In this document: piece by piece, positions 19,658 through 27,177 of the stretch
Layout: each line of letters starts with the position of its first letter
Numbering within the stretch: position 1 is the first letter of the stretch
IMG/VR virus record: IMGVR_UViG_3300043777_000173
Span: 4,302-68,301 of that record
Length of the DNA stretch: 64,000 bases
Direction: 5' to 3' (one strand)
Origin: a virus
Program-made: the position numbers and the translations under genes
The notes under the pieces: model-generated
Told to the model about the DNA's origin: nothing
What the model saw: only the letters and a program-made list of their open reading frames with translations
The model's database searches: none

Positions 19658-19777
19658 ATGCAGAACATGGGATTGGCGGATTTTCTAGACATAGCGGCCT
19701 TGGTGTCCCAAGTGATCCAAGGGATAGCGTTATGTATAATTGCCATTACCCTCCTTGCAAAGAACGGGGTTAGATAG
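19658..19777 (+). CDS. small membrane peptide
   Basis: GAGGA RBS; MQNMGLADFLDIAALVSQVIQGIALCIIAITLLAKNGVR. Confidence 0.45.
   Translation: MQNMGLADFLDIAALVSQVIQGIALCIIAITLLAKNGVR
19751..19773 (-). repeat. dispersed 23-bp motif copy 5
   Basis: CTCCTTGCAAAGAACGGGGTTAG. Confidence 0.9.
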
Positions 19778-19785
19778 AGGAGATA

Positions 19786-20175
19786 ATGAACTTATTCAAG
19801 AGGGAAACTGACCATGTCTACCACGTTGTGGAGTATGATCGAAACACAAAACTCCCAGAACTTACTGGAGACCTACGGGAGTCACTTAAAACCTTGGCCC
19901 TTCTCCCGGCCTTCCAATATCTCATGCAACGTTTCCGAGTCAAGAAGGCTGCCATGGAGTCCACTCTCCGCGAGGGCTTCAAGCTCGACGAGCAGCAGCT
20001 TCGTTACTGCCAGGCGGGAATCTACTGGGCAGGCGAGATCGAACGTGACATCCAGGCTTTAACGCAGGAGCAGCCACAACGCCGCCCTGCCAAGATCGAC
20101 GAGCTAGAGGAATTCAAGCGAATCTCCTCGGCGATTAATCTCGTTGGTCAGCAAGAACTCACTTTACAAGAGTGA
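19786..20175 (+). CDS. hypothetical head-module protein
   Basis: GAGGAG RBS; helical. Confidence 0.65.
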   Translation: MNLFKRETDHVYHVVEYDRNTKLPELTGDLRESLKTLALLPAFQYLMQRFRVKKAAMESTLREGFKLDEQQLRYCQAGIYWAGEIERDIQALTQEQPQRRPAKIDELEEFKRISSAINLVGQQELTLQE

Positions 20176-20202
20176 AATCCACAGCCCCACAAGGACTAAT
20201 CA

Positions 20203-21171
20203 ATGCCTGATACAAACAGCGTTTCTCCGGGTTACAACACAGGTTCAGTGAACCTGCAAAATGCCCCGGCAGCAGACCAAGATTGGGATTCGTTGTTCCC
20301 GAATCCTGAACTTCAATCCGCGTCGCAACCACAAGTTGCGAACCCAGGAGCAAATCCCCCGCAGCCAGTTACACCCGCCCAGCCTTTTATCAAGGCCGGA
20401 GACACTGTATACAACACTGCTGAGGACGCCGTGGCTGGAATTTCCCACAAGGATTCCGTCATTGCAAAGTATCGTGATTACCTGGCTTCTCAAGGTCTCG
20501 ATCCTAATGCCATCCTAAAAGGTGAGGCCCAGCAACGGCCACAAGCCCAACCCCAGACTCAACCTACCAACACCTCCCCGTACAAGTATTATAACAACCC
20601 GAACTTCTTTGATGAAGTCGCCGCCGCTGCGCAGTCGCGCGATCGAGTCAAATATGAACAGATCATGTCTCAGCACACTCAGGAAGCTATTCAAGCACAA
20701 CTTGAGCCCTGGCGTGCAACCCTGGCTGAAACCAATCGCTTCCGAGCGATTCGTCAGGCTACGGCGGAGACCCCGGATTTCGGGAAGTTCATGGAAGGTC
20801 CTGGCTACAAAAAGGTCATGGACAGCTTCCCCTTGTACAAGGAAATGGTTCAGATTGGTGAGAATGATCCCGTGGCCGCCCAACGGCTCCCCGAGGTCTA
20901 CAAGTCAATGTATCTCATCTATCAAGGCATGAATCAAACCCAACCGGGTCAGCAAGTCACGAATGCAGCACCCAATACCCCGACTGTGCGACAGCAACCC
21001 ACTCTTCAACCCTCCTCCTTAACCCCACCTGCGTCTTCGTCCGGCACACAAGGCTGGCAAGAAGCTGGTTGGCGCGGCAACAAACCCGTCGGCAATGAGG
21101 CTCGTAAACAGCTTATCCAAGACGGCGATAATCGCTACAAAGGTATGCGCTTTGAAGATGTCGGTCTCTAA
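20203..21171 (+). CDS. capsid scaffolding protein
   Basis: P/Q-rich ends with a helical core, directly upstream of the capsid gene. Confidence 0.7.
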   Translation: MPDTNSVSPGYNTGSVNLQNAPAADQDWDSLFPNPELQSASQPQVANPGANPPQPVTPAQPFIKAGDTVYNTAEDAVAGISHKDSVIAKYRDYLASQGLDPNAILKGEAQQRPQAQPQTQPTNTSPYKYYNNPNFFDEVAAAAQSRDRVKYEQIMSQHTQEAIQAQLEPWRATLAETNRFRAIRQATAETPDFGKFMEGPGYKKVMDSFPLYKEMVQIGENDPVAAQRLPEVYKSMYLIYQGMNQTQPGQQVTNAAPNTPTVRQQPTLQPSSLTPPASSSGTQGWQEAGWRGNKPVGNEARKQLIQDGDNRYKGMRFEDVGL

Positions 21172-21200
21172 TCCACAGCGGGCCCAATCCAAGGAGAAAC

Positions 21201-22124
21201 ATGAATCGCTTTCTTAAGCATTTGACGAACTTCGTGTTCGTCCTCTTTGGGCTAGGCCCTGACGTTGTAACCGTCAGCCTCGGGACTGCGGGTAACGCGG
21301 GTTCAACAGCCGCCGAACTTATTACTTATATGTCGGCACGTCTGCTTGAAGTCGCTGAGTTCAACACCATCCTCGATCAATTCGGAGACAAGCACCCCTT
21401 GCCTTCGAACTCCTCAAAGACGATTCGATTCGTCCGCGAAGAGAAATTGACGGTGGCCGCGACTCCCACGCAGTTAACTGAGGGCATCCCCCCGGATGCT
21501 GTGGGTCTTACCCTAAACCAAATTGAAGCCACCGTGGAGCAATACGGCTCTGTGGTGCGGTTGTCCGACTTGGCAGAGATTACTGCCCGTCACAATGTGA
21601 TCGAGCGGACGATCTACGTCTTGGGTTTACAAGCGGCAGAAACCTATGACCAGCTAATCTTTAACGTCCTTAATGCCGCCACCAACACATACTACCCGAA
21701 CAACAGGGCGGGTGATACCTCCCTGATTGGTTCCGATCTGGTCGGTTACTCTGACCTGGTTGAACTTGATGCCGCGTTGCAAGATCAAGGCGGACGACCT
21801 TTCGAAGGGGGCGAGTATGTTTATGTCACTCCTCCGCAGGTCTATGCCGGACTCTTGCGAGACCCGGACTTCAAGGCCTCTAACCAGTTCCGCGCTCCGG
21901 AGAAAATCTGGCGCGGTGAAGTGGGAATGCTCGGTGGGTTCCGCGTTATTCGCTCGAACTCCCCGGCCTTCGCTGCCACCTCACAGGCAACTGCGGGTCA
22001 GTCCAGCAAGGTCTTCACCTCGTTTGGCATTGCCCGGTTTGCATATCAGATCACTGACTTGCAGAACCTCCGAGTCTATGTGGTTGCTCCTGGCGGTCAG
22101 CTTGATCCTCTCCAGCAGTCCCGT
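21201..22124 (+). CDS. major capsid protein (N4-gp56 family), exon 1
   Basis: KTIRF, LTEGIPP, QYG, GEVG..GGFRVI and DPLQQSR motifs; the family's GWK ending is found only after the intron. Confidence 0.9.
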
Positions 22125-22183
22125 GTTTGCGGCAATGCCTAGAGATGGGCATTGGTACACTCTGTAAAATGTCAAGAACATCC

Positions 22184-22215
22184 TGTAACAAAATAGCAAG
22201 TTCGAGTATCTAAAC
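22184..22215 (+). promoter_or_regulatory. ECF-type promoter P1 (inside intron)
   Basis: TGTAAC-N16-GTATCTAAAC, 4 nt before ATG 22220. Confidence 0.7.
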
Positions 22216-22219
22216 TAGT

Positions 22220-22903
22220 ATGAAAGCTCGGATTCGCGAAAAACTAACCGCAGGACAACTTGCAGCCAAGTCGGAGTCACCAACCTCCGAAAGGTTCAGA
22301 GAGCATAATCAGAGTATGCGTTATCACAAAAGACAACCGGCAGTTGAACGTCAGTGTTTACAATGCTTAAAAACATTTATGACCTGGGCCTCACTGCTTC
22401 GTCATGGAAAACGATGTGATTTCTGTTCTAGAAATTGCTGGATTGCCTTTAGTCGTGTAACAGTTAATTGTGATACTTGCGGGAAAGAAATCTCACGACA
22501 GAAGAAAACGGCATCGCGTTATATCAATGCCCGAAATTTTTGCTCCCGAGATTGTATGTACAAAGCCCGTAGGATAAATCCAGATCGAATTCCTGTTAAA
22601 AGACTTCGATACGGATCAACCGAGTTTCGCAAAGCTCGTTTACTTATTATTGAACGAGATGGAGTTTGCCAAATTTGTGGCGACCCCTTAGCGAATTCTA
22701 TTCATCATAAAGACTGGAAGCCTTATGTCAACACTCTTGATAATCTTGTTCTGCTGTGTAAAAAACATCACGGCATGTTCAAAAGATATGAAGATTGGGA
22801 AACCGGCAAGGCTCGCATAATGGCGTGCTCCGATCTGCATGGTAACATGCAGAGTGCCTCAGAAATGCCTGGCACTCAACAACTTGTTTCTGTAAGTTGT
22901 TGA
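22220..22903 (+). CDS. intron-encoded HNH homing endonuclease with Zn-finger repeats
   Basis: CxxC/FCSRxC repeats; RDGVCQICG...HHKD...NLVLLCKKHH HNH motif. Confidence 0.85.
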   Translation: MKARIREKLTAGQLAAKSESPTSERFREHNQSMRYHKRQPAVERQCLQCLKTFMTWASLLRHGKRCDFCSRNCWIAFSRVTVNCDTCGKEISRQKKTASRYINARNFCSRDCMYKARRINPDRIPVKRLRYGSTEFRKARLLIIERDGVCQICGDPLANSIHHKDWKPYVNTLDNLVLLCKKHHGMFKRYEDWETGKARIMACSDLHGNMQSASEMPGTQQLVSVSC

Positions 22904-22914
22904 TAACAAAGATG

Positions 22915-23010
22915 AAAATCGGCTGGAAATTTGCTTTCAAGTCTGTTATCACTAATCAAAACTGGATACGTAGAGTACGTAGTTCCGGGGCCAACTCGAT
23001 AACCAATTAA
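22915..23010 (+). CDS. major capsid protein, exon 2
   Basis: KIGWKFAFKSVITNQNWIRRVRSSGANSITN*; in frame with exon 1 after splicing (339 aa in total). Confidence 0.88.
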   Translation, partial: KIGWKFAFKSVITNQNWIRRVRSSGANSITN

Positions 23011-23027
23011 GTTGGATTAACAGGATA

Positions 23028-23043
23028 GGGGCCTCTGGGCCCC
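23028..23043 (+). terminator. hairpin after capsid gene
   Basis: GGGGCC-TCTG-GGCCCC; weak U tract. Confidence 0.4.
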
Positions 23044-23061
23044 TTCCAGAAAGGATTTATC

Positions 23062-23289
23062 ATGGGACACAGTTTTGAGCAGTCCGGCCCCGGCGACAGC
23101 ATTATCAACATGACTCGCCCGGACGGCCATGCTCATCTAGATGAAAAGTACGACAAGGGAATGCGATCTCCGTGGCTGGGCGTTATTGCCCACCAGGACG
23201 CAGGGCTAGTAAGCCCTGAGACTTCGCCACAGAGCGGCAGCGGCCACATGGACAGCGGCTACTCTGGTGTAGGAGGCACAGGAACTTAA
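23062..23289 (+). CDS. hypothetical protein
   Basis: AAGGA RBS. Confidence 0.55.
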   Translation: MGHSFEQSGPGDSIINMTRPDGHAHLDEKYDKGMRSPWLGVIAHQDAGLVSPETSPQSGSGHMDSGYSGVGGTGT

Positions 23290-23612
23290 TGGCACTCGAA
23301 AAACCCATTGTCGAAAAACGCCCAACCACAATCCCAGAGCTGTATGGAACCTCGCGAGAAACGTGGCAGTATGTCACGCTTCCCCAAGAGGACCCGCTGG
23401 GAAAACCATTCCCCACAATCCGCCTAAACAAAGAGGCATTTGAAGCAGGCCAGACCTATCAGATTCCTGCCCCAATTGCCGCTTATGTTAACGATCGCAT
23501 CAAGAAGTTCAACCGCTCTTGCGTGCGTTTGTATCAGAATGACATGGCGCAAGACGGCATTGTCCGCACTGCGGATGGAGCCTCTGCGCCAATGCCCACC
23601 CTGGTTCGTTAA
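23289..23612 (+). CDS. hypothetical protein
   Basis: coupled ORF. Confidence 0.6.
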   Translation: MALEKPIVEKRPTTIPELYGTSRETWQYVTLPQEDPLGKPFPTIRLNKEAFEAGQTYQIPAPIAAYVNDRIKKFNRSCVRLYQNDMAQDGIVRTADGASAPMPTLVR

Positions 23613-23980
23613 TGGCTTGGACCTGGAAAATCACGTCCGGCACTTTGCTTAACCTTAACCTCATTCCAGTGGGGCATGGCTACGCTGGCCATGGCGAGGG
23701 CTTAAACAACCCCGCAATGTGCAATGTGCCGAACGTGGGTCCACTTCCAATAGGCACCTATACGATCGGCCAACCTCGTGACGATGATGAAGTAGGCAAA
23801 TTCGCGATGCCACTCATACCTGACACGTCGAACACGATGTTTGGCCGATCGGCTTTTTATATCCATGGGGACAACCCCTCTCTCAATCACACCGCCAGCG
23901 ATGGCTGTATCATTCTTCCTCGCCCTGTCCGGACGGACATCGCGAACTCGGGCGATGACCAACTTATTGTCGAGGACTAA
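23612..23980 (+). CDS. DUF2778/Tlde1-like L,D-transpeptidase-fold protein (endolysin candidate)
   Basis: GYAG...GPLPIGTYTI...GRSAFYIHGD...ASDGCI. Confidence 0.8.
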   Translation: MAWTWKITSGTLLNLNLIPVGHGYAGHGEGLNNPAMCNVPNVGPLPIGTYTIGQPRDDDEVGKFAMPLIPDTSNTMFGRSAFYIHGDNPSLNHTASDGCIILPRPVRTDIANSGDDQLIVED

Positions 23981-23999
23981 CCCCGTTCTATGCGAGGAA
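23977..23999 (+). repeat. dispersed 23-bp motif copy 6
   Basis: CTAACCCCGTTCTATGCGAGGAA; contains the upstream TAA and the downstream ATG. Confidence 0.92.
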
Positions 24000-24574
24000 T
24001 TTTATTGGTTCGCCATGGCAACACGACCTATGACGATAAGGTGGATGCCCTACTTGATCCGCCCCTCGACGAGGAAGGGATGGAGCGAATTGCCCGGACT
24101 GTGCAGTTTATACACGAGGGAGACTTCGGAATCAAGCGTGTAATCTCCTCGCCCCTCCAGAGGACCCTTCGCCTGGCCTCAAAGATCGCAGACAACAACC
24201 TCCGAGTCACCACCAACAACGCGGCACTCCCTTGGAACCTCGGAGACCTGATGGGCAAGTTGACGAAGGTGGTCCAGCCCAAGATTGATTATCTTGAGAA
24301 CTACCCGGACATCAAGGCCCCACACGGCGAGTCTTATAGGACCTTCTATAATCGGTGGTCCGAATTCCTTCGGCGGCTGATGACTTACTTCGAGGTACAT
24401 CCGGATAACTCGCTGGCGGTCGTCACACATTCGCGGAACATTGATGCAATTGAAAGCATCGTGGGGGACGCGCCTATCGGGGATGTAACTCCTATATCCC
24501 CTGAAGCCAGCGTTACCCTCCTCGCAAAGAACGGGGTTAGCTGGACTTACAGTCAAATCTGGAATGGTAAATGA
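23990..24574 (+). CDS. histidine phosphatase (phosphoglycerate mutase-like) family protein
   Basis: LVRHG, SSPLQRT, PHGES, VVTH motifs. Confidence 0.88.
   Translation: MRGILLVRHGNTTYDDKVDALLDPPLDEEGMERIARTVQFIHEGDFGIKRVISSPLQRTLRLASKIADNNLRVTTNNAALPWNLGDLMGKLTKVVQPKIDYLENYPDIKAPHGESYRTFYNRWSEFLRRLMTYFEVHPDNSLAVVTHSRNIDAIESIVGDAPIGDVTPISPEASVTLLAKNGVSWTYSQIWNGK
24518..24540 (-). repeat. dispersed 23-bp motif copy 7
   Basis: CTCCTCGCAAAGAACGGGGTTAG inside the phosphatase CDS. Confidence 0.95.
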
Positions 24575-25239
24575 TCGTACAAGACATCGTTAACGCGGTT
24601 AGCACAGATACCAGGCAGGTCATGAATGCCTCTGGCAATGACGCCAATGTCATTATGAACTGGGTAGACCGTGTTCAGAAGGACGTGCTCCACACTACCT
24701 TGTACGCGAATCAGAACATTGCGAGCACTCAGGTCACCACGGTCGTTGGGCAGAATGCCTATACGATGTCCCCGCCTTCGGCTATTCGCCGGATTATCAG
24801 CATCTTCGACTTGACCTTCAACATGAGCTTGACTCCGTCAGACGTGGACCTTGATTCTCCTACGCCGGTGGCGACCCGAGTCAATGAGGAGGCCGGGCGA
24901 TCAAGCAGCCAGATTAATCAACCCCATCCCTCTGAGGCTTATCGCTTTGGCGGGACTGCGGAATACTTTCGATTCATTGGCCCGAATACCTTGGTCATCC
25001 GACCCGCTCCCGCAACTCCAGGATACGTCGCCACGCTAAGTGTCGTCTATGAACAATTGGTTCCGACTTTGTCGAGTTTAACTGCGGCTTTAATTGTCCC
25101 GGACGATGGCAAGGACGTGGTCTGTGCCGGGGTTAACTGGATGGCTTTCGCTTATATTGGTCGCCAGCAGGAGGCGGCTTCTTGGTTTCAATTATATCAG
25201 CAACTCAAGCAGGGTAATCGTATCGGAGTCCTTCGTTAA
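24571..25239 (+). CDS. head-tail adaptor/ring protein, paralog A
   Basis: position; shares an N-terminal helix and VPD...AGVNW with the next gene. Confidence 0.6.
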   Translation: MIVQDIVNAVSTDTRQVMNASGNDANVIMNWVDRVQKDVLHTTLYANQNIASTQVTTVVGQNAYTMSPPSAIRRIISIFDLTFNMSLTPSDVDLDSPTPVATRVNEEAGRSSSQINQPHPSEAYRFGGTAEYFRFIGPNTLVIRPAPATPGYVATLSVVYEQLVPTLSSLTAALIVPDDGKDVVCAGVNWMAFAYIGRQQEAASWFQLYQQLKQGNRIGVLR

Positions 25240-26378
25240 TGGCAACAACTGTTCAACAGATCGTTACCTCTGTTCAGACCGACGTTCAGAACCAGATCGG
25301 CCCCAACCATCCGATGCTTCTGGATTTCTCGAATCGGATTAGTTTGGATATACTCCGTTCAACGAAGTGGGATTTCCTCCTATCCGATGTGCAGAGTTTT
25401 ATTACTCGACAGGGCGTGACTGCATATTGGATCGGAGCCTCTGGCGCTAATCCGCCCGGCACCTTTGACACTGGTCTCAACATCACCAACATGAAGTGGG
25501 TCCAGCATGGTTCGGTCTATGATCGGTCCAATTACACGACCCTCGGATCGGTTGCAGAAGCTCCGGTCTCAGCGGTGCTATCATACACCGACGGTACTTC
25601 TCGTCCCGGTCGTCCAAAGGTTTATCGCAATAACATTGACACGCCGTTCACTCTGAACATCTATCCGGCCCCGGACCAGCAGAATAACCAGTCCCCTCAA
25701 CCAGAACCTCCGCTCGTAAGCACGGTTGCGGGTGGGGCTTTGCCCGCGCGTACTTACAACCTAGTTACGACCTTTGTGGACGGATTGGGGGGTGAGTCAA
25801 CGACGGGGGCTTACTCTACTCCGCTTTATATTCCAGCGGGTTTCCTCGCGGTTGTACAGACTCCTACTACTTTAATCCCTACCAATGATGCCGGAGTTCC
25901 TTATTCTTTCTATAACGTTTACGCTTCATCGAGTTCTTTCTTACCACAGAACAGTGCGAAGCAGACCGTAACTCCGATCGCGCTGGGGACCAATTGGACT
26001 GAACCGCTAACAGGACTAACCACCGGCGGTGTAAATCCGCCGTCCTTCAATGCCGCCGCAACCTATAACGGCTATATAATCCAGTTCCGTTATTACGATG
26101 TTGAGCAGCTAATTACCTCATTCGCGCAGAACTTACAAATCCCGGATCGCTACTCGGATATCATGGTGGCCGGGGTTAACTGGCTTGCCTTGAAGTTCCT
26201 TCGGCGCTCTCCGGAAGCCGCTGAGTGGTTCGGAACATATCGCCTTGGTTTAACCACGATGGTTCGCGATCGCAATCAGCAGAACCGGTTTGCAGATTAC
26301 ATTAGTCCCGATCCGAGCAGCCTTGGCGGGATGCTCCCAACCATTGAAACTATTGATTTGAGTCTGCTCACTCCATGA
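25239..26378 (+). CDS. head-tail adaptor/ring protein, paralog B (with an inserted domain)
   Basis: KWDFL, IYPAPD, IPDRY...AGVNWLA. Confidence 0.6.
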   Translation: MATTVQQIVTSVQTDVQNQIGPNHPMLLDFSNRISLDILRSTKWDFLLSDVQSFITRQGVTAYWIGASGANPPGTFDTGLNITNMKWVQHGSVYDRSNYTTLGSVAEAPVSAVLSYTDGTSRPGRPKVYRNNIDTPFTLNIYPAPDQQNNQSPQPEPPLVSTVAGGALPARTYNLVTTFVDGLGGESTTGAYSTPLYIPAGFLAVVQTPTTLIPTNDAGVPYSFYNVYASSSSFLPQNSAKQTVTPIALGTNWTEPLTGLTTGGVNPPSFNAAATYNGYIIQFRYYDVEQLITSFAQNLQIPDRYSDIMVAGVNWLALKFLRRSPEAAEWFGTYRLGLTTMVRDRNQQNRFADYISPDPSSLGGMLPTIETIDLSLLTP

Positions 26379-26824
26379 AAATACTTGCCTTGGTTTTACT
26401 TGCGGCTTCATTCTGTGCGGCGCAAGAACTTCCTGATACACCTCAACCTTCAACTGCTTGTGTCGATCATGGCAAGCCTTGCCCGGAGTGGCTCCATAAA
26501 CTCGTCGGCCAGTATCCCCCGGCCCCTTATACTGCACTCCCTCCTCGCACCGAGCCCGCCAAGTTCCTAACCTTCCGGACCTTCAATCAACCGGTGCTAC
26601 GAACGAACAAGCAGGTCATGAAATCGCCGGTGTTCGTGATTAGCCAGACTGTATTGATGCTTACCATGATCCCACACGGCAAATCGCGCTGGCACGTAGA
26701 GCCCATTGAAGCTTCTGGGCTGTGCGCGTTCGATTACATGAGCGATCGTCTCCTGAGTGAATCTTTCTCAATTGGGCCGCCGATCTACGCCGCGATTGTC
26801 TATTCGAGGAATGCCTTTAAGTAA
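26375..26824 (+). CDS. secreted/membrane protein with an LPDxP motif
   Basis: signal peptide followed by QELPDTPQP. Confidence 0.6.
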   Translation: MKILALVLLAASFCAAQELPDTPQPSTACVDHGKPCPEWLHKLVGQYPPAPYTALPPRTEPAKFLTFRTFNQPVLRTNKQVMKSPVFVISQTVLMLTMIPHGKSRWHVEPIEASGLCAFDYMSDRLLSESFSIGPPIYAAIVYSRNAFK

Positions 26825-27177
26825 TGCCGTATAAAGATAAAACTAAACAAGCGGCATGGTACCAACAGGATAAAAAGAATCATCCTGAGAAATACCGTGC
26901 GCGTACAGAAAGACAGCAGAAAGTCTTTCGGCGAATCCGAGGTTTTGGCGCGGTTAAAAGAGAAATTATAGAAGCTATATGGTTAGCTCAAGATAAGAAA
27001 TGTGCGATATGTGAAATTCCAATTGAATTCAATGCACATGTCGATCATGACCATTTGACCGGGTTAATTCGAGGAATGCTTTGCAAAAATTGCAATCCTG
27101 GCTTGGGGCAATTCAAAGACAATATTCGATCTCTCGAACGCGCTATAGATTATCTGCGGAGGTATGAAAGTCGATGA
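26824..27177 (+). CDS. endonuclease VII-family HNH nuclease
   Basis: QDKKCAIC...HVDHDH.TG.IRGMLCKNCNPGLG. Confidence 0.9.
   Translation: MPYKDKTKQAAWYQQDKKNHPEKYRARTERQQKVFRRIRGFGAVKREIIEAIWLAQDKKCAICEIPIEFNAHVDHDHLTGLIRGMLCKNCNPGLGQFKDNIRSLERAIDYLRRYESR

Larger units (their letters stand above)
22125..22914 (+). mobile_element. group I intron with HNH ORF
   Basis: P1 CCGU/GCGG with U.G at the splice site; P2 22134-22153; P3 ACTCTG 22159/CAGAGT 22310; P5 TCCTG/CAGGA; P6a TCGGAG/CTCCGA; P7 GAGCA 22301/TGCTC 22826; P9 TCTGCATG-GTAA-CATGCAGA; terminal G; removal restores DPLQQSR-KIGWKF. Confidence 0.88.

Noticed and set aside
21201-22142. 313-aa capsid ORF as the complete protein
   Set aside because: The last six residues are intron-derived; the conserved GWK C-terminus is at 22915-23010.
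22125-22914. Group II intron or intein in the capsid gene
   Set aside because: No GUGYG start, domain V or RT; a stop codon intervenes; group I pairings fit.
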